DNA of 64,000 nt from the NCBI RefSeq assembly GCF_006345805.1, contig NC_043022.1, positions 24,428,001-24,492,000 of the forward strand. Direction: 5' to 3'. The stretch comes from Octopus sinensis (lineage: Eukaryota). Positions 11,900 through 24,740 of the stretch are shown here, piece after piece. The notes under the pieces were generated by a model that made no database searches, had not been told where the DNA came from, and saw nothing but the letters and a program-made list of their open reading frames with translations. Numbering within the stretch: the first letter of the stretch is position 1; each line of letters starts with the position of its first letter. A program made the position numbers and the translations under genes.

Positions 11900-12481
11900 G
11901 CACCTAAATCGCAAAAATTACTGCATTACAACCTCACAATTGCAGCATCATGAACATTAAAATTATTATACTACAACCTCACAACTTATTGCATTGTAAC
12001 CTCACAACTATTACTTTGTAACCTAAAAATCTATAGTACTGTAACCTCACAACTGTTACTCTGTAACCTAAATCTATTGCACTGTAACCTCACAACTATT
12101 GCATTGTAACCTCACAGCTATTACTCTGTAACCTAAACTCTATTGCACTGTAACCTCACAACTATTGTATTGTAACCTCACAACTATTACTCTGTAACCT
12201 CACAACTATTACTCTGTAACCTCACAACTATTGCATTGTAAACCTCACAACTATTACTCTGTAACCTCACAACTATTACTCTGTAACCTCACAACTATTG
12301 CATTGTAAACCTCACAACCATTACTCTGTAACCTAAAATCTCTTGCACTGTAACCTCACAACTATTGTATTGTAACCTCACAACTATTGCACTGTAATTG
12401 CACAACTATTGCATTGTAATCTTACAATTATCACACTATAACCTCACAACTATTGCTCTGTAACCTCACAACTATTGCATG
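11900..12481. repeat. ~21-bp minisatellite (tgtaacctcacaactattgca/act)
   Basis: About two dozen or more tandem units with recurring variants, such as 'taacctaaaatctattgca'. Confidence 0.92.
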
Positions 12482-12483
12482 TA

Positions 12484-12619
12484 CCCTTAACATAATTAGC
12501 CAGATCTGGCCTTTTGCACCCACTCACAAATCTACGAGATAACGAACGATTAATTCAAAGCAATGTGAATAAATAAGCACCACATTCGACAGAGTAATCT
12601 GAATACTTAAGGGTTAACT
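12484..12619 (-). mobile_element. Family E MITE, internally deleted
   Basis: 'ccagatctggcc...gacagagtaatctgaatacttaagggttaa' is the reverse of the E left end. Confidence 0.65.
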
Positions 12620-13056
12620 ATAAGGAACAATCCAGCCAATGGGCTTCAACACAGTTTCCATCTACATGATTTCATTCAAAAGGCTTGAGTTGATCCGAGA
12701 CTGCATTAAATGACATTTCCCTAAGACGCCAATTCTGAACCACTCAACCATGCTGCATCCAATCAACACCACCTCACTAATTAAACACACTAATTAAAAC
12801 AGACTCTCCCCTGCTGTAGTGCTGAAGGCAGAGGTAATAATTAATTGTTGCAGCGATGCATCTGTTATCTTGATAGACTTGCTCAGGCTCACATGACACG
12901 TCTCATGCTGAAATCAAAACCAGACAAGATTGCTTCTGGCAGAATTTGAACCCATAACCTCCCCCTAGCAGAAGCAATTCCATCTTCTGCAGGCCAATAT
13001 TCTTCCACTCTCACTCACAAAAAAGCACACACAAATACACACAGCTGAATAGTTTG

Positions 13057-13088
<32 letters not shown>

Positions 13089-13421
13089 CATCACCATCAT
13101 CATCAACATTGCAGGCTGTAAACACTAAGTGGTTTGTTTTGAGTAAGTGCCAAAAGTATTTGGTAATAAAATCAACATCCAGCACTGCGTGGTGATAACA
13201 ACTACACATTAAACACATCCCTACAGTCATTTCACACACACACACACACACACACACAGAGCGAGAGAAAGACAGACAGAACTGCTAGAACATATTTTGA
13301 TGGAGCCATACAGTTCAAACCCATTCTTTTACCCTATCTCTTTCTTACCCATACTTAACATATACATACACATGTACCTATGTATGTGCATACATGTATG
13401 TACACACACCTGCACATGTTA

Positions 13422-13468
<47 letters not shown>

Positions 13469-14645
13469 AACATATACATACACTCATTTACACAAACATA
13501 CATGCGCTGTGTAAAAATAAGAAAACATCTTTTCAATCTCAAGTTTGAAAAATGTCCATACTGCTCTCTTTCTCTCACACAGGAGAGACATGCAAAGCAT
13601 GAATACATACATACATATATATATATATATCAACACACACATGATGTGTGTGTATGTGTGCGTGCGTGTGTAACTCCATTGGATTTGTTAACAGTTGTAT
13701 CTGCCCTAAAATCAAACAAGCAACTAATGAAGAAAGTAAACAAATATAGAAATTCTCCCTCTCTCTCTCTGTATATATATATATATATGTATGTAAACAA
13801 GGTGTTACAGATTGTGATGGTGTTAGAAACTCCTCAGAAACACAATACTAACGAATAGCCCTGACTAAATACACACATACACACAAACACACACATACAC
13901 CCATTAAATCATCTGACAAACATCAGTCCACTCCTCCAACAACAACAACACCGCCACCACCAACAACATCATCACGAAACACAGAAAGAAACATTCCCCC
14001 CACCACCATCACCTTATAAACAACAGCAACAACAACAAAAAATTGTAAAATTAGATAGCAACATTTAAGAATCATTTACACAACAACACACACATGATAC
14101 AGTCACACAATACCTAACCGATCAAACACAAAACACTACACAGACAAGCACCCGACACACCCACACACCCACCGGGATTCATGTTAACTACATATATACA
14201 CACACACCCACCTCACATACTAAGATTGTATTTACACAACAAAGACCTCACATAGCTGCCATATTAGAAATCACACTTACAGAACATAGATCTCATATTA
14301 AGCTTTAAAAAATAGTTTGTATGGCAATAATGTTTACATAACATAGGCATCTACACAGCTAGAGATATATCTACACGGAAAAGACCTCCAGCATAGTTGC
14401 TTACATATAACAAACATACAGCTACACTAACTAACTAACATACACACTGCATAACACAGGCACACACCAGCATAACACACACTCTACACAACACATGCAC
14501 ACTGCATAACACACACACACCTACACAAAACATATACATGTACATAACATACACATCTACACACATGAACAGAACACATACATCTGCACAACACACACTT
14601 ATACAAAACATACACAAAACACACATACATCTGCACAACACACGC

Positions 14646-15077
14646 ATCGTTTCGGTTTGAACGGCAGTTTTTAAAAATAATTTCCATGTAACTAAACACC
14701 TTTAAACTTCGTATACTGGTAGAATGTGTTTATAAAACATCTTTTTCTCTTGGCTTTATTGAGAAAATTCTAAGATATTTGTTGTTTTTTTTTTTCTTCA
14801 ATTTCTGCAATTTCAACCAATCAATGACGTCTACTGAGGTGAAAACATTCTGTGCCATATGAAAATGTCCCACGTTTAAGAAACAGATTGGGTTTATTTA
14901 CATTTCTGAAGAAAAAAAGATACCCTTCACCCACCCCTAACCCTAACCCTAACTAACCCTTACTAACCCTAAGCCTAAAACAGATTGAAATGCAATAGAT
15001 CGATACTAGGGCCATAATTATGGGCGACAATTTCATATGACACCGCTAGAAAAAACTGCTGTTCAAACCGCAAAGAT
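14646..15077. mobile_element. Non-autonomous DNA transposon with ~27-bp TIRs and an internal (CCCTAA)n tract
   Basis: Left 'atcgtttcggtttgaacggcagttttt' (14646-14672) versus right 'aaaaactgctgttcaaaccgcaaagat' (15051-15077). Telomere-like repeats at ~14935-14975. Confidence 0.8.
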
Positions 15078-15532
15078 CCCAACACACACCTACACAAAAC
15101 ATACATATCTACACAAAACACACATACGTCTGCACAACAAAAAAAATCACATCATCTACTCTTTCAGCATTGCCACCACCAATTCTGCCATCAACAAACT
15201 TTGATAAAGAAATTACAAATGAGAGATTCCCTCAAGACTAACTCCAATGAAGTCACACGCATGCATGCACACACAGAGTTGTTATCATCATCATCATTCC
15301 CATGGCCACTTTTTTAATGCTTGTATGTGGGATAGGTTCAACACAGAGCCTAACTGTTTGTTGCATTTTTTTTTTTTTTTTTTTTTGCTATCTCTCTTGT
15401 GAGGTTTAACATGTTCAGATCAGATTTTAACACCTCGCTCTGTCTTTTGTTGATCTTCTCCTTCTACTTAAAATATCTTGACACTGCTTCAATCATCTGT
15501 TATTCACCAGATGCATCATATACCCATATATG

Positions 15533-15575
<43 letters not shown>

Positions 15576-15577
15576 AT

Positions 15578-15774
15578 TCTAACAAGAAAACACAAAAAAA
15601 AACCAGCAACGCGAGGACGTGGAACAAATAAGTATTATTGGACGCTCAGGAAAGAAGGAAGAAAGAAGGTTTAACGTTTTGAGGGAAGCTCTTCGTCGGA
15701 AACATAGGAGAAGGAAAGATCCCGAGAAGGGAAGACAGACGAAAAAATCGCCAGCGGTACTCATAAGGTCACAT

Positions 15775-15780
<6 letters not shown>
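15578..15780 (-). mobile_element. Penelope-like terminal fragment with decayed minimal hammerhead (15669-15703)
   Basis: Minus strand gttt-CCGACGA-agagcttccctc-AAAAC-GTT-aaac. Homologous to 52823-53040 and adjacent to (TA)n. Confidence 0.65.
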
Positions 15781-15852
<72 letters not shown>

Positions 15853-15854
<2 letters not shown>

Positions 15855-16083
15855 TGCAAGTGTGACTGTGTGGTAAGAAGCTTGTTCCCAACCACATGGT
15901 TCCAGGTTCAGTCCCACTGAAAAGTAACTTGGGCAAGCATCTTCAACTTTGCCTTTCATCCTTTTGATGTCAATAAATTAACTACCAGTTACGCTCTGGG
16001 GTTGATGTAATCGACTTAATCCGTTTGTCTGTCCTTGTTTGTCCTGTCTGTGTGTAGCCCCTTGTTGGCAGTAAAGAAATAAG
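15853..16083 (+). mobile_element. Family A head followed by a 5'-truncated family C SINE
   Basis: A head to 'gggcaagcatcttc' (15944), then 'aactttgcctttcatcc...gtaaagaaat'. Confidence 0.75.
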
Positions 16084-16272
16084 AAGCTTGCTTCCCAACC
16101 ACATGATTAAGAAAGCAGCAGCCTCCAAGGACTCCTTAAACCAAAACCTACTGTCTTAAAAAGTGGAAGGACATATTACATAATGTACTCAAAGATACAC
16201 TGTTTCAAAAAGAAAATTGGATGAAACAGTGACTAAAACAATTATTAGAACCAAACAGTAAAGACTCAATGG

Positions 16273-16725
16273 CAGAGGCTCTTGGCCACTTTTTACCTAA
16301 GAACCCCTTTGATTCCCATTTTACTCAGGTGGACCCTCATAGCCATTTGAAGTTTAACCCTTTGGTGTTAGCATTATTCTGCCAAAATTATGCTTCTTCA
16401 TCCACATTGTTTTGAACTGATCGTGCATTATCTTGTAGCTATGCGATTTTGATGAGGTAGCTGTTAATTTTTAAAACGATATTGTAGGGTTGGTGTGAGA
16501 GACCAGATCTGGCCAGTTTGAACATAAAACAGGCAGAATACTTTTGGCTGGATATGGCCGGTTTAAATGCTAAAGGGTTAAAAAAAAGCCATGTTGCATA
16601 AAAAAAAAAGATTAAGATATTTGGTGTATTGAAGAAGTATAACCAGTTTGTTGCACATAAATTTTAACAAAAGCATGTCTTATATGGAACCCGAAGGGTC
16701 ATAGGGCTCGCTGTTGAGACCCGTG
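16273..16725 (+). mobile_element. Old hAT-type MITE hosting a family E insertion
   Basis: Degenerate ends 'cagaggctctt' and 'gttgagacccgtg'. Candidate 8-bp TSD ctcaatgg/ctctatgc (6/8). Interior similar to 46413-46500. Confidence 0.5.
16358..16577 (+). mobile_element. Family E MITE, piggyBac-like (TTAA TSD, CCCTTT termini)
   Basis: ttaa|ccctttggtgttagcatt ... aaatgctaaaggg|ttaa; TTAA at 16354-16357 and 16578-16581. Confidence 0.85.
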
Positions 16726-17279
16726 CTCTATGCAATTGTATCACTTTCAACCTATCCACAGCTGTCATATTTTTCCCCTTTTTTATAAAAAAAAAGCAAC
16801 ACATTGAATAATGAAGTCTTAGATGCATTATGCCACCTAACAATAAAACAAGATGAATATGGATGGAATGGCTATGATCATATGTCTGCTGAATCAAGGC
16901 TGACCTGGGGTTAAACAACAACAACAACGACTAATGCTACCAATCATCTCTATCAGACAGACAGACATTGGTTCCTGCAGATAAAACACAGCAAACAGTA
17001 AGAATCTATAATGGAAAGCCTGCAATCAATTCCCAAAACCATTAGACATTTACAATACTGTTTTATAAAAGCGTATCAATGATAAACATTGCAAAATGTA
17101 TTCCGACGAAAGACTGAGGAACTTTCTAAAAGACTGCAACTGTTAAAGAAAGCGAATACAGAAAAGTAGAAGAAAAAAATACAATATAGATTCCATTATA
17201 GATTTTAACTCTGTGTGTGTGTGTGTCTGTGTGTGCAGATTCTTTTTTTTTTTACTCTATACACAGTATGTATGTGCAT

Positions 17280-17925
<646 letters not shown>

Positions 17926-19035
17926 TATATCCACTTGAGAATGTAGGGAGATGTACATACACAAAAAAATTAACTAAGATTCTTCAAAGAAAATACATGT
18001 GTGTGTGTGTGTGTGTATGTGTGGTAAGTTATGTATATGATATTCTATACATATGTATGTATGAAGATGTGTCAGTATAGCATTGCCATCATCCCTGCAT
18101 TAATGTATTGTTTTACATGGAAGCTTGGGTCAGATGAAAATTTGTTGAGGTAGATTTTCTATGGTCCTCATGCTCTTTCTGTCAACTACTCTGGTGTGGA
18201 TATTTTTAAGGGGGCAAAAGATTGCAAAGAAACAACACAGTTTATACGATGGTTTCAAATTTTGGCACAAGGCCAGTAGGTTTGGAGAAGTGGGTAAGTC
18301 AAATCAACTCCAGGCATAGGCATCAACTGGTACTTATTTTGTCGATACCAAAATGATGATGATAATAATTATAATTATCATACCTGTATTTGTTTTGATA
18401 TTAAGACTGAAAAAATTTACCTTGTTTGTAGAAAAGTTTGGAGCTGAGTTTGCACCCACTAAGCATACTTCGTTCCCACATTATGAGTCAAGATCTCCAC
18501 CAGCCAGCTTACCATTCTTAATGTAAAAGATATGTTTGGCTGGTATAAGACCAAATGATAAGATTCACAAGAGGAAGATCTAAACATATGTCACTTTCTC
18601 ATCATACACACATCATACCATGCACCGGCATGGGGGTTGGATAGGTTTGTAGGTTTCAAAAACAGATGGTCTTACAACAGAATTTCTTTTCTCATGTTAA
18701 ACACCGTAGCACAATGTGCGGTGCGGGACCACCTAGGAAGGCGCCAAAGATGCAAGTGCAGTCAGCCAACAGATCTCTTATAGGGTCCCAGTTTTAGCTG
18801 TGGAAATGAGAAGTAAATACAGCATTTGCTTTCAGAGCCACAAACTCCTTAAGTTTAATAAGAAATACATAACTATTGTACCTTTCTCATATTAAACTGA
18901 GATAGGTGTTAGCGAATGTGTCTGTAGGTGTGTACATGTGTGAGTATATTTGTGCAACTGCATGTGGAGTTATACATATGACTGTCTGTCTGTATATATG
19001 TAAATATATATATATGTAAACATATATATATATAT

Positions 19036-19333
19036 ATCACCGTGACTGACCAGGCTATCAGATGTTGCTACACATCGCTGGTCACAATGCGCTTCACATT
19101 GTTTTAGCCTTCAAATGACGCCACCCCGCTGGCTAAGTGAGCAGGCCAACAGAAGAAAGAGTGAGAGAAAGTTGTGGCGAAAGAGTACAGCAGGGACTGC
19201 CACCACTCCCTACCGGAGCCTCGTGGACCTTTAGGTGTTTTCGTTCAATAAACACTCACAACGCCCGGTCTGGGAATCGAAACCGCGATCCTACGACCGC
19301 GAGTCCGCTGCCCTAACCACTGGGCCATTGCAC

Positions 19334-19336
<3 letters not shown>
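19036..19336 (-). mobile_element. Family B SINE, tail type 1
   Basis: Nearly identical to 9947-10239; inside (TA)n. Confidence 0.92.
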
Positions 19337-19394
<58 letters not shown>

Positions 19395-19641
19395 AGAATG
19401 TGTGTGAGAGAGTGAGAATATATGTACAGATTAATTTATATTAGGGTAGGTATATTCATGCATGGGTGCACATATATGGGTGTGTGTGGTTCAGAAGCAT
19501 ATTGAAAAATTAAATGTTTGCTTCATTGTAAATGTGTGTGTATGTGTACAAAGGTTTTGTGCGTGTGCATGTTTGTCAGATTTTATAGCCTTGTGTATAA
19601 TATAACACGTAACAACGTAACAAAACACAGCACAGCAATAC

Positions 19642-19674
<33 letters not shown>

Positions 19675-20610
19675 ATATATATATACACATATATAAATAA
19701 ATATATTTGTAAAGATGACAGCTGGTGCCAGTGCTGAAAAACCACAGATTCCAAAGGTCTGCTTGTTGCAGTTGTTCTATTATGTGCCATGAAATGTACT
19801 GAACACATCTAAAGAACAATCTCAGAAAGGATGAAAGAAAAAAAAAAGAAAAGAAAAGGGGGAAAAAAAAACAGAAAGGAAAGAAATAGAAAGAACATTT
19901 GAAAAACAACAACTACAACCTACGACAAATATAAAAAAAAATGGCAAATGTAATAAGAAAGAACATTCCTTCAGGTATTGCTGATACACTCTGTAACACT
20001 GTAAACCAGAGTACAAGATCAGAGATAGTAGATAGCAGCTACACACACACAAGCTCACTCGGTCTCTCTCACTCTTCCCCACACGCTCATTCATGCATGC
20101 ACTTACCTATACACATGTAATGCACCTAACCAACACAATTGAATCATTAGAAGTGCCATAAACACACACACACACTGGCATGCATTATACCTAAACAACA
20201 CAAAACAGTGCTATAGAAGAGCTACACACACACACACCGCTAAACCTAACCAACACAAGCGAACGCTAACCTTTCAGAAAACATCAATGATGACGCCAAG
20301 TAAGAATGTTCAGGGTTAAATAACTGTTTGTAAGACATTTATCGGCGCTAACACCGATCCACTCATCATGGCAGCAGAAACTAAATAAAAACAGTATTTT
20401 GTTTCTTTTGTCAATAAACACTCGGAATTAAACTCTAGGTGAACATATAGAAGTGGTTGGGAGGGGGTGAAGGATAACATTTCGGGTTCTGGGGTCATGT
20501 GAAATAAACACAACATGACTGGATGGTTATAAAAATCCCTTTGCAATCATGTGTTTCTAGGGGTTTTCAGTTCAATTCCATTACATGGCATCATAATTAA
20601 GTGTCTACAT

Positions 20611-20811
20611 CAGTGGTTTTCAACCAGGGTTCCGCCAGTACAGTCCAGGGGTTCCGCAAGAAGTTATAAAACCGCTAAAATCGGCAGTAATTTCTAATTC
20701 TCCTGTGCAGATATGTGTGCATAAGACTATTAAATTATTGCACAGGGGTTCCTCGAGCCAGTGGAATGTTTCCTTGGGGTTCCGCTGCAGTAAAAAGTTT
20801 GAAAAGCACTG
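20611..20811. mobile_element. hAT (Charlie-like) MITE with perfect 8-bp TSD
   Basis: TIRs cagtggttttcaacc / gtttgaaaagcactg. TSD gtctacat at 20603-20610 and 20812-20819, close to the nTCTAGAn target preference of Charlie elements. Confidence 0.92.
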
Positions 20812-20984
20812 GTCTACATCATTAACAACATTAATCTGAACCCACCCTTCTGCTTCTGCTGGGTCTTCTTTTCCTGGGTTGTAGACCCATTCCTTCTCAA
20901 CCCACATCAAAAAACATCATCATATCACATACCACATCCGCTTGGTCATGAGCAGCAGGTAACTAGTGCCCTCACAATTACTCC

Positions 20985-21700
20985 AAAAGTGAGCCTTACA
21001 GTATCACCAAACGATCTCTCCCAGTAAAGGGCTCATTTTGAATACAGTTAAGACTGTTTCCCAATAACTGTCCCCCTTTCCTTCAGCAGCTGGAAGATAC
21101 TTCATCCTGCAGCAGTCGACACTGTAAAGTTGAAGTGAGGCCAACAGTGGAATATTGTTCCTACATCTGGAACAGCACTGCTGTTGCTGTTGTTGTTGAG
21201 CGAACGGTCTTCGTCCCAGAGATCGCAAGATGGGAGAAGTCCGAAACGTGGTCCTTTGCTATTCGTAAGACCCGCAGAAGAGAAAGCAGGTCAACCCCCG
21301 ACACCGAGAGCATCGACGGATGGATGAATGCGCATCCAGGCTCAGTGGTTGTGTAGGAAGTCGGGGACAAGAAACAGGAAGAAAGAGTGAGAGAAAGTGG
21401 GAGCGAAAGAGTACAACAGGGGTCGCCCCCCCCTGCCAGAGCCTCATGGAGCTTTAGGTGTTTTCGCTCAATAAACACACACAACGCCCGGTCTGGGAAT
21501 CGAAACCGCAATCCTCCGACCGCGAGTCCACTGCCCTAACCATTGGACCACTGCGCCTCCGCTGCTGCTGCTGCATACACAAACCTCTTAGACACCATTG
21601 AGAAAAGAGCCACTTGACTGACTGGCATAGGGATACACTCCACTGTTGGGTTCACAGCCATTCTGACTCCTCTCTCAGCTTTGGCATTAGAGAACAGTAG
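20985..21700 (+). mobile_element. Decayed CR1/Jockey-group LINE reverse-transcriptase C-terminal fragment, split by a SINE
   Basis: With the SINE removed it reads ...VRPTVEYCSYIWNSTAAAYTNLLDTIEKRAT*LTG, the typical 'RPxxEYCxxIW...LDxxQKRA' motif. Contains frameshifts and stops. Confidence 0.75.
21182..21560 (-). mobile_element. Family B SINE, tail type 4, (CAA/CAG)n end
   Basis: B head and body, then a distinct tail '...gcctggatgcgcattcatcc...gacgaagaccgttcgctcaacaac'. Confidence 0.88.
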
Positions 21701-21714
21701 TAAAAATCATGCCA

Positions 21715-21830
21715 AAACAGACAGTGGAGCTTGGTACAGCCCTCTGGCTTGCCAGCTCCTGTCAAACCATCCAACCCATGCCAGCATGGATGAAGGACAT
21801 TAGATGATGATGATGGTGATTATGATGATG
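21715..21830 (+). mobile_element. Family D 3' fragment
   Basis: 'ccatccaacccatgccagcatggatgaaggacattagatgatgatg'. Confidence 0.75.
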
Positions 21831-22490
21831 ACTATAACAAAACTGGTTGGATCTCTACTCAAGTATTCTTGTCTTCAATAGCATCTGAAAGTTCCGACAA
21901 ATATAAATATATAAGCTTGGCTCTATAGGACTGCGAAATGGTAAAGCTATGTATTGCATGTCAGTACATACTTTCAAAATGTTGAAAAACTAACTTGACA
22001 TGATGAGAATGAATTAATGGCAATTGATTAAATCCAAACTGAGATGGATGACATGAACACTAAAGAGACAAGCTAAATACACGAGATGTCTGCCTTACAA
22101 GAATACATCAGTTTTTTTTTTTGTTCCATTTTCTTTTTCTTTCTTTTTTCTTTTTTTGAAATAAAGAAAATGATTTTTCAGATTTGAATTGAAACACACA
22201 ACACCAGAGGATGGGGAATAATATAAAAAAAGCAACAAAAAAACTTAACTTTAAACAAGCAAATTGTTGTTCTGCCATTTGACCTTCAAACGTGAAGTCA
22301 ATTGAGAAACCAAAGAGATAGAAAAGATATGTCAGCCAAACCTGTACAATAACCAAGCAGTCAGGTAAATTTCCCGATAAGCAGCAAGTAAATTGTTGTA
22401 ATAACAGGTAATCTCCTCCAGGATGTAAAATATCCAAGTTTCAAAGAAAGAAATCCAACAAGAATTTGTGGAGCCTGGTTTCATTTTCAT

Positions 22491-22545
22491 ACTTACCTGT
22501 AAAATAAAGGAAAAAAGAAATTATAATTCAATGAAATACACTAAA
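22491..22545 (-). promoter_or_regulatory. Strong 3' splice site immediately followed by GTAAGT (candidate recursive splice site or exon start)
   Basis: Minus strand ...tttcattgaattataatttcttttttcctttattttaCAG|GTAAGTatg. No other AG for ~40 nt upstream; flanks are free of recognisable repeats. Confidence 0.5.
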
Positions 22546-23022
22546 AATATCATTGTCAGACAAAAGCAGAAGAAATACAATTCTAAAATATATAAAACTG
22601 AAAAATAGATTAATAGTGACAGAAGCAATATTAATAATAAAAGGTAATATTTACTCCCACTTAAAAGTGGATGTTGTGTTAGAACACAAAATACTGTGAT
22701 AATTACCACGAGAGGACCTCTTGTATGGGCCTTTGGTGCATATAAGCATTCATGTTTATATCACTAGTGACATACAATTAACTGCTATTACTGCCACCAG
22801 GATTATTAGATCATATGATTTTGGTCCTCCTTAGCCTTCAAAAACTGAAATAAAATTGCCCTGGATTGAGTTATCTGGGTAACTAATGATGACTTCACCC
22901 ATATGTAGTACAGTGGATTAGCAGGGTTAGGACTAAGTGAAACAAGTACGGTTCAATGGATTATTTACTAGACTAATTTTGGACTATCCTGTATGCTATG
23001 AATTTATGCAACATTGCATCTG

Positions 23023-23256
23023 CCTATTTCTTTATTACCCACAAGGGGCTAAACACAGAGGGGACAAACAAGGACAGACATAGGTATTAAGTCGATTACA
23101 TCGACCCCAGTGCGTAACTGGTACTTAATTTATCGACCCTGAAAGGATGAAAGGCAAAGTCGACCTCGGCGGAATTTGAACTCATAACGTAACGGCAGAC
23201 GAAATACCACTAAGCATTTCACCCGGCGTGCTAACGTTTCTGCCAGCTCACCGCCT
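23023..23256 (-). mobile_element. Family C SINE, tail type 1, full length
   Basis: Reverse complement of 11182-11410, with few differences. Confidence 0.93.
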
Positions 23257-23589
23257 TCAATTTTTTCTTGTTAGTTCTATACCACAGGAAACCAAACCAC
23301 ACAAATCATGTCACCTTCATTTACACTGAGTTGGTTGGACTCTGAGAAAACAAGGGATGGGAGGGAATATGCCTTCCTGCAGGGATAAGTGTCAGAGGAT
23401 TTGTTGGAACCAGGGTTCACTCGGTGTTAAGGGATTTTAGACCAAGTGTGAAGGAGACAAAAGATGCGAAAACTGCTCTGAGAAAGTAAGCTATTACATC
23501 CGGCTCAAAAGAGAGGGCAAACAATGTGGCAAGAATGGGCACCAAGGATGGTAGAAGCATATGGCTCAAGAGTTACAAATGACTCAATA

Positions 23590-24025
23590 AAGCTTATGCT
23601 GTGGTGTGGGAGTTTTATCGCCTACATCAGTGGGCGACCCTGGGCAGCTTTAGTGTCAGAGTTTCTGTTTACCATATCTACCCACAAGGCTTTGGCTGGC
23701 TTAACCCTTTTGTTACTAACCCGGCCAAAACCGGCTCTGGCTCTGTGGTAAAATGTCTTGTTTTCATAAGTTTTGAAACAAAATCTTCCACCAAACTTTA
23801 GTCACAATTTACATTCCTAACACCAGCTGAATGATAACTAAGTTATTTTACTAAATTGTTTGTTATATTTAAAATTAATTGAAAGAAACACAGATCATCT
23901 CAAAATAAATACAGTAATGAAAGGGTTAAGGCTGTAGTTGAAGACACCTGGGTAAGGTACCATGCAGTGAGATTGAACCTAGAACCATGTAACTTGAAAG
24001 CAATCTTTTTAACATACAGCGCACA
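23590..24025 (-). mobile_element. Family A SINE 5' half, split by a family F MITE at a TTAA
   Basis: 'caaggctttggctggc|ttaa...ttaa|ggctgtagttgaagacac' reconstitutes the A consensus. Confidence 0.75.
23705..23925 (+). mobile_element. Family F MITE, piggyBac-like
   Basis: ttaa|cccttttgttact ... agtaatgaaaggg|ttaa; TTAA at 23701-23704 and 23926-23929. Confidence 0.9.
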
Positions 24026-24293
24026 CCAACACCTAGTTCATTTTTTTTAATATGTGTTTTTTTAAAGTCATTGTTAAGTAATTAATTAACAACTACACAT
24101 GCACAACCTTGTTTTCAGCACAAATGGCTAATTAGATTAAAAAGAAGAAGTCTTTTTCTGTAATACTGCCAATTTTCACAATAACCTGACCTCAGATAAA
24201 AAACATTATAAGCATTTGAATAAACAAACTCATGTTTAGGTATTTTCTGCTCAATTATTACAGGAACAAGCTTTTGACATAACTTTTAAACAT

Positions 24294-24512
24294 TTTAACA
24301 TTTAAACCCACAACATCCGATCCAAATATTCTGTCTGTTTTGTGTTCAAACTAACCAGATCCAGCCTCCCACGCCCACCCTACAATGTCATTCAAAAGAT
24401 AAACAATCACATTATCATGATCTCAAAACTATGAGAATGAATAATTAATTCAAAACAATATGAATAAATAAGTGCTACATTAGACAGTGTAATCCGAATG
24501 CTAACGAGTTAA
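24294..24512 (-). mobile_element. Family E MITE, diverged
   Basis: Collinear with the reverse of 16358-16577. Confidence 0.75.
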
Positions 24513-24740
24513 AGTATGGTTGAAAATTTTCTATTACATGTAATTATGAAGATTTCAAAATACACACGTATGTGTGAGCCTTGATATACTACAACCCAAC
24601 ATATATTTCTCAAAACTTACCAGTATACTCTTTTTCAGTCCTAGCCCTATCTCTATGGCCATACTGGGGCATTGCTATATAACAATATTCCTGCAATGTG
24701 AAGTATATTTGCCATCTCAATATGGCTAACTACTAAGGGT

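Noticed and set aside
22441-22496. Peptide (G)KYENETRLHKFLLD resembling the first helix of Cys-loop receptors
   Set aside because: A stop follows within four codons and the expected downstream 'Y..RP' motif is absent; likely coincidence.
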